This document shows, one piece after another, positions 36,290-49,901 of a stretch of DNA of 64,000 nt. Under the pieces are notes generated by a model. It saw only the letters and a list, made by a program, of their open reading frames with translations. It did no database searches and was not told where the DNA came from. Made by a program: the position numbers and the translations under genes. Position 1 is the first letter of the stretch; every line of letters starts with the position of its first letter. This stretch comes from Vicugna vicugna (lineage: Eukaryota), in NCBI GenBank assembly GCA_013265495.1, contig MU061560.1:434001-498000 (forward strand), in the 5' to 3' direction.

Positions 36290-36860
36290 AATTTTCATTG
36301 GTATCTTCATTTTTTTAATCCAAATAAACTTCAGAGTCACTTTGTTAAATTTACTTTCTAAAGTATGTTGAAAATTTTACTAGAAGACTATATGTGTGTG
36401 TGTGTGTGTGTGTACTAGGTGACTGTGTATGTGTATGTATATGTACATATATATTTACTAGAAGACTATACGGTAATTTTAGAAGACTCAGCACCTTTCA
36501 CATGGATCTTTGTAGATCCAACAATGCATTATTTCTCTCCATTTAGTTTTCCTTTATTTCTTCTGATAAGGGCTCATTCTTTTTTCCCCAAATAGTTGAT
36601 ACACATTTCTTGATAATATTATTCCCAAATGTTGTATACTTTTTGTTGCCATTGTTAGTACATTTCATTTCACCCGTATTCTGATAGCTTTTGCCGTATA
36701 AAGAGTTTATGTTGATACATTTGGCCACTTCTCTACATTTTGTGTACTATGAATAATATATCCTTGATCTTTAAAATTTTCTTCCCTAGAAAAAGAACAT
36801 ATCATCTGCAAATAATAATTTTATCTTTTTCCGTTCAATATTTGTGTCTCATTTCTGTTC
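36290..36860 (-). mobile_element. Old L1M ORF2 fragment
   Basis: ccaaataaacttcagagtcactttgttaaatt...atatcatctgcaaataataatttta. Confidence 0.7.
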
Positions 36861-37699
36861 ATGCCAAGAAGAGAACTCCTAAATTTAAGATAGGAGGTAA
36901 CTATAGAGTGAGGTGGTGATTAATGCCTAGACGTTTGGTCACAGCTTACAATTTTTGTTTTGTTTAGTTTTCATTTTAGGTTTATCCTAATTATTTCTTT
37001 TCTTTGCCTTTAAAATTTTATTTCTGATGGGTTTGTTTTGAGTGCCTAGAGTTTATCTGTTTTAGATTTATGCATTCTCTCCAATAGTTGGTTTTGGTAT
37101 GATATATATTGGTTTTCAGCCACTTTGCTCTTCCAAGGACATATTCTATGATTCCGTGAGCACCACGCATTGGCGGAAGGATCTTTTCTGCTGAATCAGC
37201 ATTTAACTTGCATGGATGCAGAAAGGAATTAAACCCAGCAGAGAGTACAAAACCAAGAGATTTCAGTCCTATGACTGGACAGGGCCGGGATGAAAACTTA
37301 AAATTCAGTAGCCTCTTCCTCTTCCTCCAAATCGACCAAAACAGTAAAAATGAATTTTTACAAGTCAAAAAAATTATTACGTATACATTTATAAGACAAT
37401 TGATTTTGAAAACAGATTTTCAGACTGTTTTGCAAATTGGAAAGTTGTATTTAAAAGCTAAATACAAAACTGTTTCACTTCTGATGTGGACTGTAAATCA
37501 GAAAAGGACTTGCTGATGCAACTTAGATTTCTGTAATGCGTTATCTTGAATTTTCAAGTTAACTTTCAAGTTTTGTTTTCTGTGTGCCAAGTTAAGCTTC
37601 ATGTGACCTTTCTCCCTGAATGAGCCGCGGATGCTATCTGACAGACACATTTAGGACTTTGTACCTCCAAGGATAGATTTGCAGAACAGCTTTTAATTG

Positions 37700-38100
37700 G
37701 CCTGCATTGCCTTGTTCAAATAGCCAAACACCTGCTAGGCAAGCCCCTGCGCATGTGAGTGGCTATATGTTGCTTCCTTTAGGATTTGCAAGGCTGGAGC
37801 ACAAAGACGGTGATTGTTACCCAATAAGCAGTAGTCACACACTTCTACCAATCGCCTTAGGAGGGCTGGTTACCATGGAATCCACCATCTGTTCACTCCC
37901 CGCCGGAATGTGATTATCCTTGCTGGGCTGGGAACTGGGGGAAGCAGGGGAGCGTGTGCTGTGTGAAATTATCTGCAATGGACTGGGTTCATGGGAGGCT
38001 AGATTTGGCTCACTAGAAGAACAAATGAAGGCAGTTTTACTTCTTAACCATTTGTGACTTCTAACCAAGAGGAATAAATTCAGCTTTTATAAGGTAAGTA
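37700..38100 (+). promoter_or_regulatory. Candidate alternative promoter and non-coding first exon
   Basis: NRF1-like tgcgcatgtga (37748-37758), CCAAT boxes at 37821 and 37848, X-box-like gttaccatggaatc (37869-37882) and a perfect donor AAG|GTAAGTA at 38093/38094, all in repeat-free DNA. Confidence 0.55.
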
Positions 38101-41100
38101 ATCCTAGTACTGTGTATCCAGTTTGTTACTACGTTTGGTGTGGGGCATTATCTCCATGTGGTCCAAGAACAGGGAGCTGTAAGCTCTTCTGGAAGGAACC
38201 TCCAGCATCACACACTTCTATTGTATTGATTTTAAGCGGCTCATTTATACCTATGCAGTACATGTTGATGTGGGAAAGAGGAAAGAATTATTCTTTAGTC
38301 TTTTCAGATTTCTTACGCCTGTGAAATTGTATTGTGATCCCCGAAAGTGGCAAAAAAGACAGTCATTTTATGTGGTTTCTCAGAGTGAATTGTACTAGTA
38401 TTCTTTTTGAAACACGCCCATGGCCACAACGTGTTCAGTGTCTGCTTCAAACAGAAAATGTCTCAGGTCAGGGACATTTGTAGGTTATGATTTTTGTTAA
38501 TCATTATTCTGGCCCGCACGACTGACCTGCCATTACTAGCTCATGTTTTGCAATGGGGTGTTTATGCCGGTGTATTTTGCAATGCTTTTGCACAAGTTTC
38601 AAGGGCCTAAGCATGGGGAAACAATGTGCCAGTGCCTTCACAGCGGGCGTGTAGCACTGTGATAAAGGATGAGGTGAAAGCGAGGAGGACCGGCTTCTGT
38701 TTCAAGGGCTTCCTTTGTTTTTCTGTTTGAACAGCCCCTTAAAATATGTGGTGCATATTGTGAGCAGTAGAAGGAGATTTTGGTGCTAACAAATGGATGA
38801 CTGACATTCTTCTGTGTGGCTAAGAGGTTGGGTAGCTCGAACAAGGGACTTCTATGTCCTTTGTAAAGCAGCATTGTATCCCCTTCCCCAAAACGGTGCC
38901 CTGAAACATGAAAGTGAAAAAACAAAAAGAGTGCTTTCTCTACTCTGGATACTTCTTCTGTGTAAGTTTTTTGTTTTGTTTTGTTTTTTTAATCATTTAA
39001 ACCATTGCACCAGGGATCTGTGAGTCTAGCTGGGTCTGCCATTTTTATTTGATACAGAAAGGGGTTGCAAGGAGAGGGTTTGCTAACGCAGTTTTAGTCC
39101 CTTTAATTGTGCTGTTGTGCTGTCATCGTGGGCATTCATGTCAGTGGGTCACTGGCTGCCCAGAGAGCTAGAAAAGGTCATTGCTAACAAGCCCTGCCGA
39201 TTTGATCTTCTTCTTCTTCTTTTTTTTTTTTTGATAGAATAAAATTAGATAACCTTGTATTGGTCAAGGACTCATGTTCTTACTTGAAGAACAGGTTTTC
39301 AGGGCTGACTGCTAGTTGTGGCATCTTGGGATTTCTTGTAGTTGACTTTAAAATCCTTACCTTCTTTTGCATTTACTGGTCTATATGCATTATTATTATT
39401 TTAAAGTTTTTTAATATGCAAAATTGGATTAGGTACATACTAGCTCTGAAAAGCATCTTTTTCAGCAATAATAGACTTATTATCTGTCTGAAAATTTCCT
39501 TAGCAGCATCTGTAAAAAAATTTTTAAATGAATGTTACGTTATTTGAATGATATTTTCACCCGTAAAAGCAATCGTTCGTAAGCAATATAAGTTTGAGGA
39601 GGACATGAGATGATTTAAAAACATGTGCATTTAGGCTGTTCATGTTGCTCTAATATCCTTGTATCTTAGAAACCTGAAAAGGCCTGTGAGTGAGTGGGTG
39701 TGAAGTGTGTGAGCGTCTGGGTGCCAGGGATGTGCTTACTCAAGCGGCTGACATGGACTGGGCAAATCAGTGCACTCCTCAAGTTTTTTAGTGTTTGTGA
39801 ATTTTCTTGCTATTTTTATTGTTGCTGAGTTAAACTTCTAAAATTGTATTTTTTAAGTGGGTGTTTATGTCAGAGTGTAACGCAGCATTTTATAGGTATT
39901 GGCAGGCATTTGTTTTCACTTGTAAGTATGTTTATTAGTGAGTTTCTTGGCTGATTTTTCTGAGTAATAAGTGATAAAGTCACAAGGGTGTTCAAAATGT
40001 GTTAGGAACCCTGTTTGATCAGCCTTTTTTAAGACAGAAAACCTAGGGTTACAGTTTCTGAAATTGGTGACAAGGAGTGGGCAGCAGGGACAGTCCTCGG
40101 AGCACCCGTGATCCCTGCTGGTGGACCTGAGGGACAGGTGTGCACAGTGCTGTGACACGAAGTTCACTTGAGGGGATGTGGTTTCTGGACCTGACACTTA
40201 TTCCCCATGGTGAGGCATTCATTTGCATTCGCATTGTCAGTGGTGAGACCCACCACCGTGTCCACAGTCTTGTGGTAACAAGTCGAGAATGTGTGAGCGC
40301 TCAGGCCAGCTCGGAAGCGTTGCTTCCTGGTTCTCACTGTCCTCGCCTGTGAGCGTGGAGGGAGGCGCTCGATTCAGTGCTTTCTGAGCCTTCTTCCGAC
40401 TTGTCAAACTCGTTGATGGTATGATGCTTTTTAAGCCTTCAACACAACTGAAGATGTTATTAAATGACAAATTTAGATTTATGTTTGTCAATATGTAAAG
40501 CTACCCTTATTCAGAGTTATTTCTCATAAAAGTATTATAGAGATGACAAATCAGAAAGTCTGAGGAGAATGCTTGGAGTAACTCAGATCCATAACAGTCT
40601 GAGTAGACAGCGTATCAACCCACCACGAGCTCAGTACAGTCAAGTCTTTCTGCTTCTTTGACACATTATTCTGGAATGCTGCCTGACCTAACTGTTGGAA
40701 TAATTAGACGACAGAGCCAGTAGACAGCAATTAAATGCTTACATTTTTCTTCCCATGTGTTACTGCCACATTCTAACTTCTAAATTGAGTCTGTCTTTTT
40801 CGCTTTTGGGGTACGGATTTATCATCCATTTTTGGGGGGCTGTGGTGGTCCATTTGACCTTTGTGCTGCCTGAGATGGTGGGGTGCTAGGGATTTGAAGG
40901 CATGGGAACCTGCTGATGATGCTTTGTTCAGATGTCTTTGGTGTTAAAGCTGTTTGCATTAAAGTGTGATTTTAAGAAACAGATGTACTGAAAACTGCCC
41001 TCTCCCACAATTCCATACTGTCATGGTTTCAAGAAATGCTTAGAATGAGTTCATTTTTGTGCATCGGTAAAATTTTGCATTGCTGTGTTAGATATAGAAC

Positions 41101-42489
41101 TACAGGATGTGACGCCTGTAAAAAATATGCATGTGAGCGATGAAAACACACCCCAAAGCCATGGCTCCCCGCTGGCTGCGTTTGGCAGGATTTGTCTCCC
41201 TTGACTGTGCCCCGCATCATATGTTTGATTATCAGCACTTCCTTCTGAGATGTTTCCTCTTCTGTTTTTATAGCTGCTCCTATGCTTCTGTAAAATAAAA
41301 AGGCAAACTTTCTATAAATTGGCAGTGAATGTGTCTACGTAGGCAGCAGCACATCCTCGGAGCAGTTCTGTGGAACGCGCTTAACTCTGCTGTCGCCACT
41401 TGAAGCCCAGCGATGGCTTGATGGAGTTGTGTGAGGGCATCTAGCAGTGCTGTAGTCTTAGAAAAGTTCCGTTTTTTTTTTTTTAACAAATAACCCCCAT
41501 TCCGTGGGGGCTATAATTATTCTTTTGTAACAAAGGTGTTGAGTTACTGACTTCCCCTGAAACGGGATGTTTCCTTCCTCCCTGTCTGCTTAAATCCTGT
41601 GCTCTTTTAAAATTTTTGACCAATTTCCTGGTCCTGAACCCAGATTAATGAAATCATGAGACGAGACACATTTCCACAAGGCAAACAGATGGAATCTATT
41701 GGATTTTTTTTAGATCCTTACTGTACACTGCTAGGTGTTTATTTTCACATAATTTAAAGATTGGGAGGATCTGTCAGAGACGAATCTGAGGCCCATAAAG
41801 ATTAAGCAACTTGTCCAGGGTCACAGAACTTGAGTTGCAGAAGCAGCTCATGTTGGGTATTGCATGTTGAACACAGATACGGGTAAGGCCAACCGACTTC
41901 CTATATCGTTACCTTTATGAGGAACAGAACATTGGGGCATCACCCTGAAGTCTCACTGGTAAAATTTTCAATGTGCCCAGGAGGACAGCTTTGAAAGATG
42001 ATTGATTCCCTCAATAACCAAAGTCATAAAAAACAAATCTATTTCTTCTCATAAATGCCTAAACTTAAAAAAAAAATGTAACTGCCATGCCAACTGGATG
42101 TTTGTGTTTTTCAGTTTACAGTTTCCCCCCTTACAGCTGTGTCTGTGGAAGTAAAATCAAGGTCAGAATGTTGCTCAGTAATTATGGGGCCCAGAGCAGG
42201 TGGGGGCGGAGCCCTGAGACAGGAAGGACAGCCCGAAGGGCAAGTGCAGCTCCGTTTCAGGGCGGGCGCACCTGTCACCTGGTCAGGTTATTCCTGGTGT
42301 GAGTTGATGCCTCTCTTCCGTGGGCATTGCTGGAGACATGCAACCTGGGTTTCCTTACCTGCCCCCTTACCCCACCCACCTGCCTTACCCTGCTCAGGAC
42401 CGCCCTCCTGCCTCACCTTGCTCAGGCCACCCTCCTGCCTGCTGAGATGGTCCTTCTTTGGCTGTGTTACTGTCATCAGTGTGAACGTT

Positions 42490-42780
42490 GCATTCATTCA
42501 CCAAGTATTTATCGCACATTTACTCTACATTAGGCAGTGTTGCAGGTGTGGCGGACCGGGCACAGGACACAGTCGCCAAGGTCGTCAGTGAAACTTCCAT
42601 AATAGAGAGGGAGACGGATATACACAACAGATAGATGAACAGTGTCATTTCAAATAGAGACAAGTCGGTGAAGGCAAAATGTGTATGCTAAGAAGGAATT
42701 TTAGGGCAAGAAACTTTAGATTGGGTGATCAGGAAATGGTGATGTGGGGAGGTCTCAGATAAGCTGAGCCATGGTGATAG
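42490..42780 (-). mobile_element. L2 3' end
   Basis: cattcattcaccaagtatttatcgcacatttactctacattaggcagtgtt. Confidence 0.7.
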
Positions 42781-42959
42781 CCTTGATCCAGTGGAGTCAG
42801 GGATGTGTTTGTTAGCCCTGCTTTATTCAGGTGGAAGTTGAGGACCTTACCATATTTACTTAGTGTTGCAGAGTTGTCTTGTCTTTTAGGACTTAGTACT
42901 GACAATATGCTCTTTTCCAAATTTGGAGTTTAATGGGCCGGCATGGGAGGCAGTGCCAG

Positions 42960-43130
42960 CTTCGGTGCAGTGGTTAAGTACACAGGCAGACCCGGGTGAG
43001 TCCCCTCTCACGTCCTGGCTACCCAGAGGTCTCTAGGCAAGTTACTTAACCTCTCTTAAACCTGTCTCCCCCTTTGTTAGAATTTCTGGGGTGGTTGTGG
43101 ATATGAAAAGAGATATATTTAAAAACCCAT
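42960..43130 (+). mobile_element. MIR SINE
   Basis: gcagtggttaag...taggcaagttacttaacctctct. Confidence 0.7.
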
Positions 43131-43334
43131 GTATGCTGTAGGATGGTGACAGTGCGATATTCTCTAAGGGGCTTCGGTAATAGTCCCACGAGTGTTCAAA
43201 TAACTTGCTGCTGTTGGCGTTGAAAGCCTGGGAGTGCTACTAGCCTTACTCCCTATAGGGTGAGTTTTTGTTTGATCTCTCCATTCACTCTCTCACCCCT
43301 CACACTCATTTATTCAAAAAATGCTTAAAAATAA

Positions 43335-43470
43335 AAAACCCTTTATTGAGGCATGATTGACATATAGAATGCTGTACATATTTAATGTGCGTACCTTGAT
43401 GAGTTTGGAGATGAGTTTCTTGATGGAGAAAACCATCACCAAATCTACACTATATGTTCATCACCTCCAA
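43335..43470 (-). mobile_element. L1M 3' tip
   Basis: ctttattgaggcatgattgacata...gtacatatttaatgtg...gatgagtttggaga. Confidence 0.7.
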
Positions 43471-45856
43471 AAGAAAACCCCCTGCGTGTCCACCTGCCCT
43501 TGCTAGATTCTGGACAAGGAGCGTGCTTAGACATGGGCCGTGCTCGACTACTAATCAGTCAGCTGCATTCAGTGTGACTGACGGCATGGCAGGGGACGCG
43601 TGCAGAAGTCAGCGGAGCAGGTGATCCACCGCACAGGGGAGGGGGGCTGGGAGTACCAGTCTGCGGCAGCAGAAGCAGGGAGGCGCGGTGGGCTTGGGGG
43701 GTGCTGGTAGCCGGGAGCAGGATCTGAGCTAAGGGAGGGCAGGATTTGAGAATGGGGACTGAGGGTGACATGGAAGTGGGTTGTTTTTTTTTTTTTTAAA
43801 CTGTATCCTGTAAAGAACGAGGAACGTTTGAATAGTTTGAAACATTCGGGGGATACGTCTTCAGTTTTGTCATCTAAAAAGATAACTGGCAGTTAGAACG
43901 ATGGAAGCACTGGAGACAGCAATGTCCAAGGCGGCCTGAGTTCTTTTTCTCATCTCCATCTTCTTCCACAGCAGTCAGAATTTTTCTTCTTCTGTCATTA
44001 CCACCACAATATAATCAAATCATATCTTATTCTCGATGTTTAGATTATAAAGTCAGCACATGAAGTGAAACTTGAACAGAGTGAGAAAATCCTTGAGAAA
44101 TCCCTCAGGAAGGCCCGGCGTGGGAGATGAGCTCTCTCATCAAGTCCAACCCAGCGTGTGTGCTTTTCTCCAGGGTTGGAAGAGATTGCTGCTTCTCTCC
44201 TTGGGCACCAGATGAAATAATTCCTTTGTAGCATTTGGAGGTCAAACTGCATGCTGCACGAGGGAAAGCTCACGATCTCTCAGTCTCACTTCTGCAACGG
44301 GGCCCGTGAGCGCTGTTGTCTGAGTGACTTCATCTGCTGCTCCTGTGCTGTTTACTGGGCGATCCAGTGACCGATTTATCACTGTGCATCAGATGCTCCC
44401 CTGGGAAATGGGAAATCACTACCATGTTTTGTTTTTTTGTTTGTTTAAGTGATCTTTCCTCTTTAAAAACAATTGCAATGGGCATACAATTATTGCTGTA
44501 AAATGATCAATAATATAGCTCTTCCTTGACTGATTTTTCTGCTTTCTGATCATTGTATACATTGAGTTTCTTCTGGGATGATTAACAGCTTCTGGACTAA
44601 TTCTGATCAGTGCATCCTCAACTCAAGGTGATGCCACTTTGAGGGCCCTCAGGAGTTCTGTACTTTTGACTTTGAGCTCACAGCGTCAACCTTCAGGTAC
44701 TGTTGGTGCCACAATATTTGGTACTTTCCTTTTCAGATTAGCACTCCTGTTCCCTACTAGTTGGTCACTGCCTTCTTGTCATAGAAGATCATTGGAATAG
44801 TAGTTTATTCTCTGAGGAGAACCAATTCTGTACCAAGTAAACTAGCCACTAGCCAGTTCAATAGTTTGACGACCTCAAATGCACAGTTGCTTTGAAAAAG
44901 GCTCTTCTGGTTTCAGCTCTTTCCTCCCAGGGAGCATAGACATTTTAACAGTAGTGAAAATTGAGTTATTTTTGACCAGATGGAGGTGACAAGAGGACCG
45001 AGTGAAAGGAAGATGCTTTTGGAGTCCATGTAACAGTTCTCTAGTCTTCCTGCGTCTTCAGCCATCCAGAATGACCCCTCTTGATCGCCACAGGTGTAGT
45101 ACATTTTCACAAAAGCTGTTGTGCTGTTCGTGAACATTGAGAAGGGAGTAGGGCCTGATATTTGCATAAAAATTCTAGTGGAGAACAGATTAAATGGAAT
45201 CTCCTTTTGATAAAGTTAAATAGGTATCTCTCCTGGTCCAGGCTACCTGGGCATTCATTTAATAAACATTTCAGTGTGTTTCTTTGCGTCCAGCACTGGT
45301 CTTGCCCTCAGTAAGCTCACTTAAGTAACTGACATGTATAACACAAGGTCCTCGGGCTGCACAAAGGCGTGTGCAAAGTGCTGTGGTTTCAGAGAGGAAG
45401 GACTCAGACCCAGGCCAGAGGAGCAGAAAGGTGTCACTTTGGACCCAACTCTGTGCTGCATCTTAAAGGAGAGATTTGCCAAGTTGGGAAGGAAGGGCAT
45501 TTCCTATCAAGGGAACAACATACATAAAGGCTTGACAACTGTAAAATGAAACAAGTTTGGAATACAAGAAAGTTGGTGTTGAAGAGACTTACAATCAACA
45601 CTTTCTATTAACATTTCTTAGTATGCTTCCTAGAGAAACTTTCAGGCTAAGCAAAGCTTTGTGCTCTAAAGGCAAATTTGAGAGAAGGCCTTTCAGAAAG
45701 TAGAGGTAGTCTTGTTTCATATACACAGAAGGTATGCATCACCGACAGTGCAGGGGAAGGAGGTTTTATACACACATTTCCTTCAGAGAATGAAGCGTGT
45801 TCCTAAGGTTTGGTGCAGCTACTCAGACGCTTAAGAGACTTGGAACCAATGGTTTT

Positions 45857-46224
45857 GTTGTTGTTGTTGTTGTTTTAACATTTTTTATTGATTTATAATC
45901 ATTTTACAATGTTGTGTCAAATTCCAGCGTAGAGCACAATTTTTCAGTTATACCTGAACATACATATATTCATTGTCACATTTTTTTCTCCGTGAGCTAA
46001 CCATAAGATCTATATTTCCTTGTGCTGTACAGTATAATCTTGTTTATCTATTCTGCAGTTTTGAAATCCCAGACTATCTCTTCCCACCCTCTGCCCCCTT
46101 GGCAACCACAAGTTTGTATTCTATTTTTGTGAGTCTATTTCTGTTATGTATTTATGCTTTGTTTGCGTTTTTTTTTAGATTCCACATATGAGCGATCTCA
46201 TATGGTATTTTTCTTTCTCTTTCT
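45857..46224 (-). mobile_element. Young camelid-type L1 3' end
   Basis: (ttg)n tail, then aacattttttattgatttataatc...ttagattccacatatgagcgatctc. TSD-like ggaa(c/t)caatg. Confidence 0.9.
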
Positions 46225-46274
46225 GGGAATCAATGTTTTTTTTAAACATTTCTTAGTACGCTTAATAGAGAAAC

Positions 46275-47150
46275 TTTCTTTTTTATTTACTTTAATTTTA
46301 ATTTTAATTTTGAATATTATGTCCAATGAAGAAAATGTATTAAGGCAATGTAACAGTGGTAAAAGTAGAGATAAGACATTAAGAAGTTTTAAAGCATATT
46401 TAAGTATATACACTACTTAAACTACAAGCTAGCTGCTATTTTTTTAAATTTACATATATGTACTGTTCATTGTTTCTAAGAACTGTTTAGAGCTTTAGCT
46501 TTTTAAACTTACATAGTTATTAAAGGAATAAAGCCAACCACAAAATAAGAATCCACAGAATGCAGTAATCCAATCATAAAGGACAGTCAAATGTGCTTAC
46601 ACATATTCAAGAAATCAGTCATCTAAGTTATAAATAATAAGTAGTTTATGTGTGTCTTTTTTTTTAGATTCCACATAAAAGCAATATCATATAGCTTTTT
46701 TTTCCTCTTTCTGTCTGTCTTGACTTAGAATGATGACCTCCAGGTCCATCCATGTTGCTGCAAATGTTATTATTTTATTCTTTTTTTTTTTTTTACTGCT
46801 AAGTAGTATTCCAGTGTGTGTTTGTGTGTGTGTGTGTACATCTTCTTTATCCAGTCATCTGTTAATGAACATTTGGGTTGTTTCCATGTCTTGGCTGTTG
46901 TAAATAGTGCTGCTGTGAACATTGGGATGCATGTGTCTTTTTAAATTATATTTTATTTTGGGTATATGCCCAGGAGTGGGATTGCTGGATCATATGGTAA
47001 GTCTATTTTTAGTGTTTTAAGGAACCTCCATACTGTCCTCCATGGTGGCTGCACCAGTTTACATTCCCACCAACAGTGTAGGAGGGTTCCTTTTTCTTCA
47101 CTCCCTCTCCAGCATTTATCATTTGTAGACCTTTTAATGATGGCCATTCT
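46275..47150 (-). mobile_element. L1 ORF2 C-terminus with atypical 3' extension
   Basis: ORF 46953-47147 reads [15 protein letters not shown]...[15 protein letters not shown] (L1 ORF2). 46448-46617 is homologous to 11142-11312. Confidence 0.85.
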
Positions 47151-49901
47151 GTGTGGTAACCAAGAACCAGGGGAACCAGACTTGAATCCTACTTTTGATT
47201 TGGGAACTGTATTAAATATCTCATTACATGTCTAAGTTATTTAGATTTATATGTGAATTTTATACCTTTTACCATTTTTAAACAAGTGCCACAAATTCTT
47301 AGTATGAAATATGTATGTTTCCATTTTTCAAAAAAGGAAAATATGACAGCAAAAGGAAAATAATCACATTTTTCAATGGCTCCTCATTTTTCTTTGTGTA
47401 TCGTACTTCAAATTCTAGCACTTTCTGCCATTTAAAATTAATTTTTGCCTATCAGTTGGTGATTGAACCCGTGCTGTGGACTGAAAGCCGAAATTAAAAC
47501 AGTTCTTCTGAGTTCACAGTGTAACTTGGAAAAACTAATATTTATTTATGCAAAATGTCTAAGATATATTCAAACAGGAAATCAGTTCTATAAATTTCAG
47601 TAACAAAATACTGAAGCAACGTGAATGTTGAGGTAAGAAATGGATATATGATGTTGTTTTTTGATAATAGGAAGAAAAACTTCAGTGTTGATGGGTTCCG
47701 TCCAGCCTACTACCATTCTTCCAGTAAACGTTTCTTCCCAGCTGCACAGGTCTTCTCTGAGGCCCTGAAGCACTCTGTGGTTTTATCTGTCATGAGTATA
47801 TTTTACAATTGGCTGTCACCTTGTCTCTCTCCCCAACTAGATTGAGCTCCTAAGGCTACAAACTGTTTTACTCATTTTTAAATCCCCAGCTTTTGGCTCA
47901 GCAGAACCCTTACTTACACTTACATTGTTGAACTAAGACTGAAGAAAAAATGTAAGGTAAAGAACTCACCCATATTGCCAGTGACAGTTGTGTGTTGCCA
48001 TTTCAGCAGCTGGAAGATAGGGAAAGATAACGCACCTTAGGACCAGGACATTAACCATCTCACCCAGCTCCTGTGTCCTTACTTCTGCAAAGAGCCCCAA
48101 TCCAACAAAGGGAAGTAAACAGTTCCTTCTCAAAGCTCTGAAGGTTTTGGATCCATTCTTGTCCAGCTGTCCCTGACTAAATCGGGTGCTGTTAGAGGTC
48201 ATGGATTTTGTTAGTTATTTTCGTATTCCCATGTGCTCACACAAAACCCAGCAAATCAAAGGTGCTAGAGTACAGCATCTAATGAAAGACATGAGGAAAA
48301 GAGCCTTTCCTAGACATCTTCAGAATGTTTGGGGACCACTGAGCAATTTGAAGGGTATAATCAAACAGTAGAGCAGGAGACTTAGGGGCATCAATGATCT
48401 TTCTGAATGAAACAGAAGTCCACTATAGTACTTACTTGTTTTGGTTTGAAGAAATCTTTCCTGCCCATCCCTCCTGTTCTTGCTACACTGACATTCAGCT
48501 CTGTGCATGTGGTGCCACGTCAAACAACTTCATTTACTCCTGAATTAAATAATTATTAATTTCCTGCCTCTAACAGAAAGGATAAAAGACAGGCAGACCA
48601 AAACTGTATTCTTGTAGGTGTGTATGAGTACTGTGTCTTTCAGATACACAAATGATCATGGGTGGGTAAGGACCAAAATTCCATAGAGGAAGATAGGATA
48701 AATTGAAGACTGTGGTTATGTGGTATCACTTTTGAAGGGCAGTCAAGGGAGTCGTCAAAAAACTAGATAATCTATCAGACAAGTCCAACCCAATCTACAA
48801 CCAGTACCTTGAGTTTAATAAACAATGGGCTGTTAATCCCAAATTAATGTATGATGTAATAACTAAAATGGTCAAAATCAAAACTTAAGCTCTTTTCAGA
48901 AACCAGGAGAAAAATAACATTAGTAATCTGAAAAAAAGCCCTTTGAAAAATGACAGGATCTGGAACTAATTTCCCTTTCTAAAGTTGGGGTTAATATCAT
49001 TAGCATTTTCTGTTTGCACTGAATTTGCAAGATCTTTTAGATACCATCCTGGTTAACAGTAATTATGGTGAAACTGACAAAGGTTATCTATTCTAAACAT
49101 GTATGCTTGCTTCCATTAACGCATACCGTAAACTACAGGAAGTGTAAATTATAAAGTGATCTTTTAGCACAAACCCTTAACGTTTAAAATACAATACAGT
49201 TTATGTTAATAGAATAAAAATCCCTCACTTCAAATTCCAGGGTAGTTTTTAGATGGTTTATATATAAATGATAAGAATGAAAATTCTTTTCTAATAGAAT
49301 GTCTCAGGCTTATGGATATAGCAAAACTTTAATTCACTATTTAAATGAAGAAAAGAATGGGAAACTTAGCACATAATTTTGAGATGGTAATTTTTCTAAT
49401 GAATACGTGTCTATGACATAATATTGGGAATATTACTACATAATACTGTAGTAGGTCTGGAAATTACCGTAATTTAAATCAGGCAATTTCGGGTCTAATG
49501 TGTTTTTAATGAGTACCCCCCTCAAAAAGTGCCCAAATGCTTAGTAAAGCTTCTATATTAACTCATTTAAATTAAGAGATAGCGTGTGTCTTCTTTGTAC
49601 TTCGAACTGTCCTTGTCTTGGGGAGGGAGTTTAGTTATAAAAATAATTTTGTTGCGCTGTTAGTTTGCGTCTGAGTTTCTCCTTCCCTAAGTGACATTAC
49701 GTTCATCTTTATGTGTACACTTCGTTTAGGATAGCTTGCCCAAAGTAGCAGAGCCACATGACGTGCATTGCAGTTTTCTGGTGTTCGATATGCATTACCA
49801 TTTTGCCTCCTTGATGCCCGTTTCATTTTTACCTGCCACTGGCTGTGTTTGAGATGACTGTTTCTTTAGGATTGGCTCTTATAATTTAAAAGGATTTTTT
49901 C

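Noticed and set aside
41488..41516. Short hairpin ataaccccca-ttccg-tgggggctat
   Set aside because: Too short for a pre-miRNA, with no supporting motifs.
44913..45167. 84-aa ORF with protein-like composition
   Set aside because: Non-ATG start and no recognisable family or exon boundaries.
47962..48202. Minus-strand ORF ending at a GTGAGT donor-like site
   Set aside because: The peptide is not recognisable, and such motifs occur by chance at this window size.
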